A DNA stretch of 64,000 bases from the NCBI GenBank assembly GCA_004211885.1, contig SHBV01000005.1, positions 11,391 to 75,390 on the forward strand, in the 5' to 3' direction. The notes under the pieces are model-generated. The model did not search any database, had not been told where the DNA came from, and was given only the letters and a program-made list of their open reading frames with translations. The stretch is from Verrucomicrobiaceae bacterium (GTDB lineage Bacteria > Verrucomicrobiota > Verrucomicrobiia > Verrucomicrobiales > DEV007). A program made the position numbers and the translations under genes. Shown one piece after another: positions 37,763 through 48,386 of the stretch (positions are counted from its first letter, which is position 1; every line of letters starts with the position of its first letter).

Positions 37763-40042
37763 ATGCTCATTGCAGAAAAATTACGTTTTTTATCTTTACC
37801 TTTTTTTCTTAGTCTTGCGTTAAGTGCGTTTGCAGAGGAAAAGAAAGAAGATTCGACTCCAGCCCCTGGTCACTCCCATTCAGGGGAATCATTTAATGAT
37901 GGGCCTAGGCAGAGTGCTGTTAGAATTGATGGGACCGGTGATGTTCACTTTCCGATAACTACGAAATGGTCACGTGGGCAACAAATGTTTGACCAAGGAA
38001 TAGGGCAGCTTCATGGGTTCTGGTTTTACGAGGCGGAGCGTACCTTCAGGCAGATAGCGGCCGAGGACCCGGAATGTGCTATGGCTTATTGGGGAATGGC
38101 GATGGCTAACTGGGAGAATTCTAAGAGATCAAAAGGATTCATTGCCAAGGCCGCTCAGCGTAAAGATAAAATTTCAGAACGTGAGCGGCTTTACATAAGT
38201 GCTCATGAGGCATTTTTGGCTGAGGAACCGAAAGATGTTAAAAAGAGAAGGCAGAAATTAATAGAGGATATGGAAAACATTATACATGAATTTCCTGATG
38301 ACATTGAGGCCAAGGCTATTCTAGCTGTTCGCCTTTGGCAATTCAGTCGTCAGGGCATTCCGATAGGGAGTAGGGAATCAGTCGATGCTTTAATGCGGCA
38401 AGTTTTTGAGAAGACTCCGCTTCACCCTGCTCACCATTTTAGAATCCACCTTTGGGACGGAAAAAAACCCAAACGTGCTCTGAGCTCGGCTGCAGTTCTC
38501 CACAAAACAGCGCCCGCCATTGCTCATATGTGGCACATGCCGGGACATATTTACGATAAATTTAAGAGGTACGCTGAATCAGCATATCACCAGGAAGCTT
38601 CAGCCAGAATCGATCATGCTAAGCAATCAGATTTTAGAGTTCTTCCTGATACTATTCATAATTACGCGCACAATAATGAATGGTTAGTTCGTAACTGGAA
38701 CCATATTGGCAGAGTCGATGATGCGGTAATAATGTCCAAGGGTCTTATTGATAATCCTCAGCACCCACGCTTGAACCATTACGGTAAAGGCTATTGTTCA
38801 GTTTCATTTGGTAGGAAGCGCCTCATTGAGACTTTGGAACGATTTGAAAAGTGGAATGAAATTTTGGATTTGAGTAAAACCCATTATCTGGAACCTACGC
38901 AAAATGATAGGCTACAATTGGATCGGCTTCTTGTAATGTCTCGCGCTCATTTTGAACTTGGTGATAAAAATTCACTCATTGGAGTGTCCAATCAAATTGA
39001 GGAAAAAATTAATAAGGCAGAGGAACTCAAAAAGAAGAAGAAAGATGAAGCTAGACAAAAAGCTGAGAAGGAAAAAAAGAATAAGGAGGAAACGGACAAG
39101 ATAGTTAAGGAAGCAGGAAAGGCGTCCGATAATCAATTGAAATATCTGAGGCCAGCGATTGATGAGATTAATATTTGTCTCGAGCTTCTCGATGGAAAGA
39201 AACTGAACGAAGAGCGAGCAAAAAAAATTAAACGTAAAAAAAGTTCTCTCGCCCTACTCCACCTTAAGTATGGAGATCCTAATAAGGCCAAGGAACTATC
39301 CGAGCAAGCAGTCAATGAAAATCAAAATCGTACTGTTCCTCTTGCAGTTCGTATACACGTTATGGAGAAGACTGGTGACCAGTCAGCGGCGGCGGCAGAA
39401 TTTTCTAAGCTAGAGAAAATTTCGGCTCATATTCAGCTTGATGCAGTTCCATTCGCACGTCTTTTACCAGTAGCAAAGAGACTAGGAAAGCCTGATGATT
39501 GGAGGGCAAAAGAATCGTGGAGGGGCCAAGACTTTGGCTCTGAGAAGCCACAGGATCTTAATCACCTTGGTCCGTTAGTTTATCAGCCTCCAACGGCACC
39601 TGATTTTGATTTGCTGGGTGAAGACGGTTCACGTATTTCACTGAAAACCTTTTCAGGAAAACCAGTCATCTTAATTTTCTATTTGGGCCATAATTGTGAA
39701 CATTGTGTTGAGCAATTAAATAATTTTGCTCCGCTCGCTTCTAATTTTAAAGAATCCGGCATTGAATTAGTGGCCGTGGGTCCGGAGCCATTAGCCGAGT
39801 TGGCAAAGGCTCATGACTTTTGTTCATCAGGTGAGAAGAGATTTCCTTTTCCTTTGTTTTCAGATTTGGAATCTGGATCATTTAAAGATTACAGGGCATA
39901 TGATGATTTTGAAGATATGCCTTTGCATGGAATTTTTCTGATTGACCAGAAAGGTCGTTTGAGGTGGATGGATGCTGGTCCTGAGCCGTTCCAGGACATT
40001 TCGTTTTTGCTACGAGAGTCCAAGCGGCTATTATCAATGTGA
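37763..40042 (+). CDS. Secreted helical-repeat (TPR-like) protein fused to C-terminal thioredoxin-fold AhpC/TSA-type redoxin (CxxC)
   Basis: The 759-aa ORF has a signal peptide, the motif AMAYWGMAMANWEN, a Lys/Glu coiled region, and a C-terminal redoxin (GKPVILIFYLGHNCEHCVEQL...LFSD...HGIFLID). Confidence 0.6.
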   Translation: MLIAEKLRFLSLPFFLSLALSAFAEEKKEDSTPAPGHSHSGESFNDGPRQSAVRIDGTGDVHFPITTKWSRGQQMFDQGIGQLHGFWFYEAERTFRQIAAEDPECAMAYWGMAMANWENSKRSKGFIAKAAQRKDKISERERLYISAHEAFLAEEPKDVKKRRQKLIEDMENIIHEFPDDIEAKAILAVRLWQFSRQGIPIGSRESVDALMRQVFEKTPLHPAHHFRIHLWDGKKPKRALSSAAVLHKTAPAIAHMWHMPGHIYDKFKRYAESAYHQEASARIDHAKQSDFRVLPDTIHNYAHNNEWLVRNWNHIGRVDDAVIMSKGLIDNPQHPRLNHYGKGYCSVSFGRKRLIETLERFEKWNEILDLSKTHYLEPTQNDRLQLDRLLVMSRAHFELGDKNSLIGVSNQIEEKINKAEELKKKKKDEARQKAEKEKKNKEETDKIVKEAGKASDNQLKYLRPAIDEINICLELLDGKKLNEERAKKIKRKKSSLALLHLKYGDPNKAKELSEQAVNENQNRTVPLAVRIHVMEKTGDQSAAAAEFSKLEKISAHIQLDAVPFARLLPVAKRLGKPDDWRAKESWRGQDFGSEKPQDLNHLGPLVYQPPTAPDFDLLGEDGSRISLKTFSGKPVILIFYLGHNCEHCVEQLNNFAPLASNFKESGIELVAVGPEPLAELAKAHDFCSSGEKRFPFPLFSDLESGSFKDYRAYDDFEDMPLHGIFLIDQKGRLRWMDAGPEPFQDISFLLRESKRLLSM

Positions 40043-40057
40043 TATGAATTTATTCTT

Positions 40058-40798
40058 TTGTTCGATGTTCTTTATATGGATTTTGAACTGATATTGGCTA
40101 GCGAAGTGCCAAAACTAATAGAGCATTTTGGGGCTACGCATCTCTTCGCTCTAGGAGTCACTTTATTTATTGGATCCTTTGTGATTTATGTTTCTCGAAG
40201 AAATCCCTCCTCCAAGATTTCTGCAAATATTGTGATTACGATGGCCATTCTTCTCATCACTGCCTATCCGATGAAGATCATGGGAAGATACATTGATGGA
40301 ATTGATTTAAATAAGGATGTGATATTTCCGCTACACTTGTGTGATGTGGCAGCGATTACAGGTTTCTTTGCCTTGATTCTGAAGAACCGATTATGTGCTG
40401 AGATCACTTATTTTTTTGGATTAGCAGGGACACTGCAGGCTCTGTTCACACCCTCTACCTGTTATGACTTTCCAAGTGTCTCTTATTTTTCATTTTTTCA
40501 ACTGCACTCAACTGTAGTTATCACTGCTCTTTATTTGCCTCTGGCTCTTTGCTGGAAACCTCGTAGAGGTTCAGTGATGCGCGTTTGGTTCTGTGGAATA
40601 TCTTATGTGATCATAGTTGGAACCTTTGATTTTATTACGGGTGCGAATTATGGTTTTTTCCTTGAGAAAGCTGAAGGTTCTTTGATGGATATACTTCACC
40701 CCTGGCCATATTATATCATTGAGATGACAGTCTTGGCTTTGGCCCTGTTCTTTATTCTATCTGTTCCGTTTTTGAGACGCTCCCAATCTAAGAACTGA
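40058..40798 (+). CDS. Polytopic membrane protein, YwaF/TIGR02206-like
   Basis: It has ~7 TM helices and the motif FPLHLCDVAAI, which is characteristic of that family. The assignment is from memory only. Confidence 0.5.
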   Translation: MFDVLYMDFELILASEVPKLIEHFGATHLFALGVTLFIGSFVIYVSRRNPSSKISANIVITMAILLITAYPMKIMGRYIDGIDLNKDVIFPLHLCDVAAITGFFALILKNRLCAEITYFFGLAGTLQALFTPSTCYDFPSVSYFSFFQLHSTVVITALYLPLALCWKPRRGSVMRVWFCGISYVIIVGTFDFITGANYGFFLEKAEGSLMDILHPWPYYIIEMTVLALALFFILSVPFLRRSQSKN

Positions 40799-40803
40799 AT
40801 AAT

Positions 40804-41622
40804 TCATTTTATTATAGATTTCCAAGCCTGCGCAGAGGAACTGAAGAGTTCGGCCGCATTATCGAGGAGCGATTGAATGAAACCAAGTAGATTCACTTCG
40901 TCTGAAATAATTATAAGGAATCCAGAAAGAATACTTAAATTAATTAAATAAATGAATATCAGAGAAAAGAATGTCCCGTTCTGCTTCAGATCTGGTTGAT
41001 TCTTAGTGATCATCCATCCGGTAAAAGTGAGATGAAAGCACCAAGTTATTCCTATCGCGATGTAGAAGACCCATGACCAACTGAATCCTAAATGACCCCA
41101 TAAGATACTGTTCGGGTGATAATCGGATAGATTGATAAAAATGCCGGCAATCCCAAAGATTCCAACCACGATTACTGAATAAAATGGAACGAAGTAAGGT
41201 GAGAGAGATATCATGACATTGTTTTTATTAGTGACGATGTGGCCACCTGCAGAACGCACTTTAAATTCACTAATCTTACCGCCACAAAGAAGAACAAAGA
41301 AAGCATGGGTCAATTCATGACCCAATACATAAATAAAAAGAGGTCTGGGCAATCCAAAGAATACGATTAGCCAGAGTAATATGCCGATAAAAAAGAACCA
41401 CAGTGCAGCAGAACCAATGACCATCGTACTAGCCGAGGTCTGACTGAAAGCACTTAGAAAACTCTGTGTAGCAACGAAACAGAAAGGAAGTAATAGAACC
41501 GCTATTCCTGACTTGAGCCAGTTAAGGGGAATTTCTAATATTGATGGATTTCCTGACCTGCCTCTTTGAGTTGCAGTTGTTGAGTTCAGCCGCGATTTGC
41601 GGGTTGGCGACTGTTTTGGCAT
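40804..41622 (-). CDS. Polytopic membrane protein with HExxH zincin motif (DUF3267-like putative metallopeptidase)
   Basis: This is a 272-aa ORF. The motif VLGHELTHAFF sits at a membrane boundary, and there are several TM helices. Confidence 0.5.
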   Translation of the reverse strand: MPKQSPTRKSRLNSTTATQRGRSGNPSILEIPLNWLKSGIAVLLLPFCFVATQSFLSAFSQTSASTMVIGSAALWFFFIGILLWLIVFFGLPRPLFIYVLGHELTHAFFVLLCGGKISEFKVRSAGGHIVTNKNNVMISLSPYFVPFYSVIVVGIFGIAGIFINLSDYHPNSILWGHLGFSWSWVFYIAIGITWCFHLTFTGWMITKNQPDLKQNGTFFSLIFIYLINLSILSGFLIIISDEVNLLGFIQSLLDNAAELFSSSAQAWKSIIK

Positions 41623-41644
41623 CTAATAATTTGCGGCCCGCGAA

Positions 41645-42205
41645 TTAAACACGACTCACATATTTTTTTGTTCGTGTGTCAACTTTAATACGATCACCAG
41701 GTTTAATGAAGAGTGGAACTTGGACTTCGATTCCTGTCTCGAGCGTAGCTGGCTTTTGGGGATTATTAGCAGTGTCTCCTTTGATTCCTTCGGAAGACTC
41801 GGTTACTGCAAGTTCTACTTGAGGCGGTAAATCAATAGTCATTGGGTTCCCTTCGATAAAAAGAACTTCGACTGCTAAGTTTTCTATGAGAAGATCTGTG
41901 GAATCTCCTAAAAGATCAGAGCTTAACTCTATGGTGTCATAAGTTTCGGGGCTTATGAAAAAGTATCCCGTTCCGTCTGTGTAACTATATTCGAGCTTTT
42001 GTCGATCCACATTTATGATATCGACTTTGTCTGATGAGGCGAATCGTATGGTCTTTGTTTTCCCTGTTTGGAGTGATCGACAATTAGCGAGAATAATAGC
42101 ATTGCCCTTTCCGGGAGTTCGGTGATCTAGGTCTAGAACAATAAGTTTTTCTCCATTGTATTGGAAGCATTGTCCTTTTCTAATTTGTGTTGCAACGACT
42201 GCCAT
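41645..42205 (-). CDS. efp: Translation elongation factor P
   Basis: The 186-aa ORF has the motif HRTPGKGNA and the three-domain EF-P pattern (TGIEVQVPLFIKPGDRIKVDTRT..YVSR). Confidence 0.95.
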   Translation of the reverse strand: MAVVATQIRKGQCFQYNGEKLIVLDLDHRTPGKGNAIILANCRSLQTGKTKTIRFASSDKVDIINVDRQKLEYSYTDGTGYFFISPETYDTIELSSDLLGDSTDLLIENLAVEVLFIEGNPMTIDLPPQVELAVTESSEGIKGDTANNPQKPATLETGIEVQVPLFIKPGDRIKVDTRTKKYVSRV

Positions 42206-42292
42206 TTCAAAAATCTCTAAGTGTTTTGGATTTATTTGTTTAGCTTTAACTTAATAGTTAAGGCAGAGGCTTCAATGGAAAAATTAAATCGA

Positions 42293-43264
42293 TCATACCA
42301 ATTTCATTCTACTCAGATCTTGAGAGTCAACGAGACCAGTAGGTTTGCCTATTTTGTCAACGACGACTAGATCATCGATCCTATGTTCCCCGATAACTTG
42401 TATAGCTTCGACTGCTAACTTATTTTCTTGTATAGTGATTGGATCCTTAGTCATAAATTTTGAGACTGCTAGATCAAGAATGTCTGGATCTTTTTGAATT
42501 GACCTTACAAAATCTCCTTGCGTTAAGATTCCTTCGAGATTTCCTGTGTCAGAGACTATGACAGCGGCACCTGATCGGGCACGTATCATTTCTTCGAGTG
42601 TGGACTTTAATCCTGTTTCTGGGGCTAATGTACAGAACTTATCATCGGTTCTCATTATATCTGATACTTTGGTGAGTAGTGTTCTTCCAAGTGATCCCCC
42701 TGGATGAAGTTTAGCAAAATCTTCTTTAACGAACTCTCGTGATTCTAGGAGTGTCATTGCTAGTGCATCGCCGAGAACTAACATTGCCGTGGTACTTGAG
42801 GTAGGTGCGAGGTTCAGTGGGCATGCTTCTCTGTCTACTTTGGTATTAAGAATGATGTCGCTGTTTCGTCCAAGGGAAGAATTAGTGTTGCCCGTCATGC
42901 TGATAATATTGACTTTGAATCGGCGAAGGGCTGGCAAGAGATCGAGAATTTCGTTAGTTTCGCCGCTGTAACTCAGCACTATAATGGTGTCTTCGTTGCT
43001 GACTATTCCAAGATCGCCATGAAGGGCATTCTGACTATTTAATACGACTGTAGGAGCTCCAGTGCTGTTCAGTGTAGCTGCAATTTTATGACCAATGTTA
43101 TGACACTTTCCGACTCCAATGATAACAAGCTTGTGACCAGAATTGATTGTTGTTTTTAATGTATCGACTGCATGTGAAAAATTGTCATCGATTCGGTTCA
43201 AGAGATTTTCCAATTCGTCAATCTCCATTTGGATTACTCTCCTGGCTTTTGATAGATGGTCCAT
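42293..43264 (-). CDS. kpsF: Arabinose-5-phosphate isomerase (SIS + tandem CBS)
   Basis: The SIS motif reads VIIGVGKCHNIGHKIAATLNSTG, and the C-terminus carries a CBS pair. The start was taken at ATG 43264, two codons inside the track ORF. Confidence 0.85.
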   Translation of the reverse strand: MDHLSKARRVIQMEIDELENLLNRIDDNFSHAVDTLKTTINSGHKLVIIGVGKCHNIGHKIAATLNSTGAPTVVLNSQNALHGDLGIVSNEDTIIVLSYSGETNEILDLLPALRRFKVNIISMTGNTNSSLGRNSDIILNTKVDREACPLNLAPTSSTTAMLVLGDALAMTLLESREFVKEDFAKLHPGGSLGRTLLTKVSDIMRTDDKFCTLAPETGLKSTLEEMIRARSGAAVIVSDTGNLEGILTQGDFVRSIQKDPDILDLAVSKFMTKDPITIQENKLAVEAIQVIGEHRIDDLVVVDKIGKPTGLVDSQDLSRMKLV

Positions 43265-43506
43265 GCTCAATAATGATCTGTAATTATATATATAGCTAAT
43301 TTAGGGAGGTTTTTTTATTAGCGAATTTTGTTTAATAAAGTGATTATAGGATATTTTGGATTAGGGTTCTGCATATTAATTTAGTCTAATATTAGGCTTT
43401 AGGCCCTAAAATCTATCCTTTTTCTAAATCTTGTTTCTCGATAAGAAGCTCAAATACTTCGTATTTCTTAGTATTTAATTCCACTATAAGAAAGTAGCAT
43501 TCTCTC

Positions 43507-43534
43507 TTGATTGCATAAGAAGAGCGGCTATAAT
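43507..43534 (+). promoter_or_regulatory. Sigma-70-like promoter candidate for rpsB-tsf
   Basis: TTGATT (43507-43512) is followed by a 16-nt spacer and TATAAT (43529-43534). This implies a ~145-nt leader that contains the hairpin CTTCC-GCAAAAAGT-GGAAG. Confidence 0.45.
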
Positions 43535-43683
43535 TTCCGCCCTTCCGCAAAAAGTGGAAGCTTTAAATATAATTAAACTCAAACCGTCACAGGCATGTGA
43601 ATCGACTGCGTTAGCAGTAGAGCGCTGGTTTAGATAACTATTGATCTAAGTTTGCGTGCACTCCCTGAGATAACAAAAAAATA

Positions 43684-44403
43684 ATGGCAGATCTTATAGA
43701 AGAACTCGTAGAAGCAGGTGTTCATTACGGGCACCAGAGTCGTAAATGGAATCCCAAAATGAAGCCATTCCTGCTGCAGAAGCGGAGCGGAATTCATATT
43801 ATTAATGTTGAAGAAACGGCATTACGTCTCGAAATGGCGTCTGAATTTTTAAGTAATCTTGTCCTCGAAGGAGGAAAGGTCCTATTTGTAGGTTGTAAGC
43901 GCCAGGCTCAGGAAGCGGTTCGTCAGGCAGCGGAAGCTTGTGGGCAATACTTTGTTAACCACCGTTGGTTAGGGGGAATGATGACTAACCTTTCTACGAT
44001 TCGAAAGAGTGTTGATAGGCTCGAATATCTTGAAGGTCTTGAAAATTCTGTTGAGAAAAAATTAATGAGTAAGAGTGAGCTTGCTTCACTTAACCGTGAG
44101 AAAGAAAAACTTTTGCGTAATTTAAGGGGTGTTCGGAACATGCATAAATTACCTGACGCAGTGGTCATTGTGGACTCTGCGCGTGAGCATATTGCAGTAA
44201 ATGAGGCTCGTAAGTTAAATATACCTGTCGTAGCAATGATTGATTCTAATGCTGACCCTTCAAATATTGCTTATCCGATCCCAGCGAATGATGATGCAAT
44301 CAGATCGATCCGTATCGTTCTACAGAACCTTATTGATCCTGTGATTGCAGCAACTGATGGAGGTAAATTGGTTAAGAAGAAGAGACCTGATCTGGAGTCC
44401 TGA
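43684..44403 (+). CDS. rpsB: 30S ribosomal protein S2
   Basis: The translation shows LVEAGVHYGHQSRKWNPKM, FVNHRWLGGMMTN and PDAVVIVD. Confidence 0.97.
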   Translation: MADLIEELVEAGVHYGHQSRKWNPKMKPFLLQKRSGIHIINVEETALRLEMASEFLSNLVLEGGKVLFVGCKRQAQEAVRQAAEACGQYFVNHRWLGGMMTNLSTIRKSVDRLEYLEGLENSVEKKLMSKSELASLNREKEKLLRNLRGVRNMHKLPDAVVIVDSAREHIAVNEARKLNIPVVAMIDSNADPSNIAYPIPANDDAIRSIRIVLQNLIDPVIAATDGGKLVKKKRPDLES

Positions 44404-44513
44404 TAAATAAAATTCGCAGTTAATTTTTTGACTGAAGAGATCAATTTATGAGAAGAATTGGATTTCTACTTTTGATTTAAAAATATCTAATAATATAAAC
44501 TAAACTAATTACC

Positions 44514-45389
44514 ATGGCTGAAATATCTGCTTCCTTAGTAAAAGAGCTCCGAGATAAAACAAACGCGGGGATGATGGAGTGCAAGAATGCGTTAAAAGAA
44601 ACTAATGGAGACGTGGACGCAGCCATTAAGTTCTTGAGGGAACGTGGTGCGATTAAGGCTGCCAAAAAAGCTGGTCGTGAAGCTAAGGAGGGAATTGTTT
44701 CTGCAAATATTGATACTGAATCGAAGTCAGGAGTTCTTGTTGAAATAAACTGTGAGACTGACTTTGTTGCAAAGAATGATAATTTTAAAGCATTTGTAAA
44801 TGAACTGACGGATGCGGTTGCAGGTTCTGATGCTTCTGACATTGAATCAGCTAATTCAATTTCTAAGGATGAAGGTTCACTCGATGACTTCGTCAAAGCT
44901 AAAGTCATTGAGTTGGGAGAGAATCTTCAATTCAGAAGGATGGTTCGTTATGATGTTGAAGGTTCCGGTGTAGTGGCCTCTTACATTCATTTGGGAGGGA
45001 AGGTAGGCGTTCTTCTTGAAGTAAATTGTGGAAAAGATGATACTGCTTCTAACGATTCGTTTCGTGAATTTGTAAAGGATCTGACATTGCACATAGCTGC
45101 GGCATCTCCTGCCGGCATTGGCCGTGATGAAATTTCTAGTGATCTTGTTGAAACGGAAAAAGATCTTTTCCGCAAGCAGATGGAAGATAGTGGCAAGCCT
45201 CCTGAGATAATGGAAAAGATTATCGAAGGGAAGCTTGGTAAATTTTACAGTACAGTGTGCCTTCTCGAGCAAGGATTTATCAAAGATCCTGACCAGACAA
45301 TAAGTGATTTGCTTGTGGCTAAAGGTAAAGAGCTTGATGATGAGCTTTCCGTTCGCCGGTTCACTAGGTTTGGTGTTGGTGAAGCATAG
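44514..45389 (+). CDS. tsf: Translation elongation factor Ts
   Basis: The translation shows ISASLVKELRDKTNAGMMECKNALKETNGD and EINCETDFVAKN. Confidence 0.97.
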   Translation: MAEISASLVKELRDKTNAGMMECKNALKETNGDVDAAIKFLRERGAIKAAKKAGREAKEGIVSANIDTESKSGVLVEINCETDFVAKNDNFKAFVNELTDAVAGSDASDIESANSISKDEGSLDDFVKAKVIELGENLQFRRMVRYDVEGSGVVASYIHLGGKVGVLLEVNCGKDDTASNDSFREFVKDLTLHIAAASPAGIGRDEISSDLVETEKDLFRKQMEDSGKPPEIMEKIIEGKLGKFYSTVCLLEQGFIKDPDQTISDLLVAKGKELDDELSVRRFTRFGVGEA

Positions 45390-45404
45390 GCGTTCATTAT
45401 CGTA

Positions 45405-46601
45405 TTAGAAGAATCTTCTATTTGAGAATATTGGCCGAGGACTACAGATCCTGTTAATGCAGTCATCAAATGTTTCTTCATTGCTAAGTATTCCTATTTC
45501 TACTCGCAGAAAATAGATTGGTAATTCGTTATTTCCAATCTTAGGGAATCTTACAAAATCTTTTTCAGTTGTGACGATCATGTCGAGATCACGGTTAATG
45601 CATTGATCAACAAATCTTTCTATTTCGATCTTACTGTACCGGTGATGATCAGTGTAGCGCCGGGTGATTTCGATATTAGCTCCCAGATTTCCTAGCCCAT
45701 CTTCAAAGCTTTCCGGAACGGCTATTCCTGAAACTGTGCCGATGTATTTGTCTTTGAGGTGCTCTAGAGGGAGTTCTTCTCCGGTAACAATGTCCTTTAG
45801 ATATTTTGGTTTGTGTGAACATTCGATTATTTCAGCCGTTCGATTATATTTTCGAATTCTCTGAATCAGTTCTTCATTAGAATTCCCATCACATTTTGTG
45901 ATAAAAATATAGGTTGCCCTTCGAAGATTTTTTGGGGGTTCTCTGAGAGTTCCTCTGGGCAAGAGTTTTTCATTGCCGAACGGAGAGTATTTATCAATTA
46001 GAACAATATCGATTCTGTGCCTTAGCCTGAGGTATTGAAGGCCATCATCGAGTAGGAGCGTGTCCGCATCGAACTCTTTTATAGCGTGAAGTCCTGCCTT
46101 TACTCTGTCCTTATCCACTACTATCGCAACGTCTTTAAGGTTTGTTGCAAGCATGTAGGGCTCGTCTCCAGCAGTCTTCGAGTCGAGTAGTACTTCTTTC
46201 CCGTCCGTGACTACCCTTGGAGGTTCTTGCCTTATAGGGTTTCCTTTTACCTTGTTGCTGATTTTCTGTTTGAGTGTTGGTTTAACACTCTTGTATCCAC
46301 GGCTGAGGATAGCAACGCGCCTGCCTCCTGCGGTCAGAGCCTTGGCAAATTTTTCAACGATAGGGGTCTTGCCTGTTCCTCCGACCGTTAGATTGCCGAT
46401 ACTTACTACTAAGCAGCCCAGATTATGCTCCCTTTTGATTCGGCTTTTATATAGCCACAACCTTAAGCTAACTAGGTAACGGTAGATGACTGACATTCCA
46501 GATAAGAGGAACCGTATTGCACTTGCTCGAAATCCTTTACGTCGGTTAAGGATCACGTCAATTGCGAACTGTTCGAGCTCTTCTAGGCTTTCTTTCATCA
46601 A
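45405..46601 (-). CDS. lpxK: Tetraacyldisaccharide 4'-kinase
   Basis: It has the P-loop [16 protein letters not shown], the motifs ILSRGY and DDGLQ, and a length of 398 aa. Confidence 0.9.
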   Translation of the reverse strand: MMKESLEELEQFAIDVILNRRKGFRASAIRFLLSGMSVIYRYLVSLRLWLYKSRIKREHNLGCLVVSIGNLTVGGTGKTPIVEKFAKALTAGGRRVAILSRGYKSVKPTLKQKISNKVKGNPIRQEPPRVVTDGKEVLLDSKTAGDEPYMLATNLKDVAIVVDKDRVKAGLHAIKEFDADTLLLDDGLQYLRLRHRIDIVLIDKYSPFGNEKLLPRGTLREPPKNLRRATYIFITKCDGNSNEELIQRIRKYNRTAEIIECSHKPKYLKDIVTGEELPLEHLKDKYIGTVSGIAVPESFEDGLGNLGANIEITRRYTDHHRYSKIEIERFVDQCINRDLDMIVTTEKDFVRFPKIGNNELPIYFLRVEIGILSNEETFDDCINRICSPRPIFSNRRFF

Positions 46602-46679
46602 TAATAGCGTGTCTGTTCCGCCTTTATTTGATAACAGAGTAAGCTAAAGCTTGCCACCGCGCCATGAATCTATTACCAA

Positions 46680-47474
46680 ATGCTGATGGAAAGACCTGAT
46701 TCAAGAAAGATTGATGAACTTAGAGCCATTTCTTTTGTGCCTAATATAGCCCCAAATGCTACCGGTTCGGTTTTAGTTAGCTTTGGTCAGACTCGAGTAA
46801 TTTGTTCTGCAATGGTCCAGTCTGGAGTGCCACGGTGGATGAAAGAACAAAAAGTAGAGGGTGGTTGGCTAACTGCAGAGTATTCGATGCTTCCCTATTC
46901 GACTGGAGGAGGCCGCAAGCCGCGCGATATCATGAGGGGTAAGATCGACGGGCGCAGTTCGGAGATTCAGCGCCTCATTGGCAGGTCCTTACGGGCAGTT
47001 GTGGATTTAAAATCGCTCGAGGCTAACACTGTATGGGTCGACTGTGATGTTTTGCAGGCAGACGGCGGTACAAGAACCGCATCAATCACAGGGGCATCTG
47101 TTGCTTGCGCAATTGCCTTTAACCGTATGTTAGCTGAGGGCCGCTTAAAGCGTTCACCCCTAAAGAAGCATGTTTCTGCGGTGAGTTGCGGAATTTATCA
47201 GGACAGCCCGATACTTGATTTGTGTTACATTGAAGATCGGGACGCAAGGGTCGATTTTAACATTGTTATGACAGAGGAATTGGATTTCGTTGAGCTTCAA
47301 GGATCAGGTGAAGAGGCATCATTTAGTAATAATGAAATGGAATCGATGCTTTCTTTGGGGAGGAAGGGAATCACTGAAATTGTGCAACTTCAGGAAAGCG
47401 CAGTCAATGATGCTAAGGATCCTGTTGATCAAGATGCAGCCCAAAAGTTAGCTGGACATTTTAATAGCGGTTAA
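46680..47474 (+). CDS. rph: Ribonuclease PH
   Basis: The translation shows RPDSRKIDELR, GSVLVSFGQTRVICSA and DCDVLQADGGTRTASITGA. It has a ~25-aa C-terminal extension. Confidence 0.93.
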   Translation: MLMERPDSRKIDELRAISFVPNIAPNATGSVLVSFGQTRVICSAMVQSGVPRWMKEQKVEGGWLTAEYSMLPYSTGGGRKPRDIMRGKIDGRSSEIQRLIGRSLRAVVDLKSLEANTVWVDCDVLQADGGTRTASITGASVACAIAFNRMLAEGRLKRSPLKKHVSAVSCGIYQDSPILDLCYIEDRDARVDFNIVMTEELDFVELQGSGEEASFSNNEMESMLSLGRKGITEIVQLQESAVNDAKDPVDQDAAQKLAGHFNSG

Positions 47475-47542
47475 TGTTAGTGGCTTCGTCCGATTCGATA
47501 TATGAAATTCAATGATTTGGACATGATAATAAGAATCTGATC

Positions 47543-48316
47543 GTGTCTGAAATTGATTTAGATTTAATTTCTAGTGCCGTTATTACGGCAGGTTCCGTGA
47601 TAATGGATATTTATGGGCGCGACTTTGAAGTGGATTTTAAATCTGATCAGTCGCCTCTTACCGAAGCGGACAGTCAAGCCAATGCGGTAATAATGGATGC
47701 TCTTTCCACTCATTATCCCCGAATCCCGATCATTTCAGAGGAGAACAAGGAAGTTGCATATGCTGAGCGTTCTGACTGGGAACAGTTCTGGCTCGTTGAT
47801 CCTCTGGATGGGACCAAGGAATTCATAAAAAAGAATGGCGAATTTACGGTTAATATAGCACTCATTAAGAAAGGATTTCCTGTCGCCGGAATCGTATATC
47901 GACCAGTAGATAGAATCTCCTACTCTGCTGAATTGGGTTCTGGTGCATTCAAGACATTAATTGGAGGTGAAACTAAAAGAATCCGTAATGACAGGCATTA
48001 CTTAGATCAAGAGAAGGTTTCAGTCGTTGCTAGTCGTTCTCATATTACCCCAGAAGTGGCAGATTTTGTTGAAGAGTTAAAGGAGTCGGGTAAGGAAGTG
48101 GATCTTATTTCTGTAGGAAGTTCACTTAAGCTGTGTCTGGTTGCAGAAGGATCTGCGAGCGTGTACCCACGTTTTGGGCCAACAATGGAATGGGATACAG
48201 GTGCCGCGCATGCCGTGGTATTAGAATCTGGAAGAAATGTGATAAGTCATGAGACAAGGAAACCGTTACTTTATAATAAGCCATCACTATTGAATCCATG
48301 GTTCATTGTCGAATAA
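47543..48316 (+). CDS. cysQ: 3'(2'),5'-bisphosphate nucleotidase
   Basis: It has the inositol-monophosphatase fold motifs SPLTEADSQAN, EE, WLVDPLDGTKEF and WDTGAAHAV. The start codon is GTG. Confidence 0.85.
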   Translation: MSEIDLDLISSAVITAGSVIMDIYGRDFEVDFKSDQSPLTEADSQANAVIMDALSTHYPRIPIISEENKEVAYAERSDWEQFWLVDPLDGTKEFIKKNGEFTVNIALIKKGFPVAGIVYRPVDRISYSAELGSGAFKTLIGGETKRIRNDRHYLDQEKVSVVASRSHITPEVADFVEELKESGKEVDLISVGSSLKLCLVAEGSASVYPRFGPTMEWDTGAAHAVVLESGRNVISHETRKPLLYNKPSLLNPWFIVE

Positions 48317-48386
48317 GATTGAGCCAAGGAATTTAAAAAGAAGATAATTTGCAGGAACCCTTTTTTGGAACTTATCTTTATTTGAT

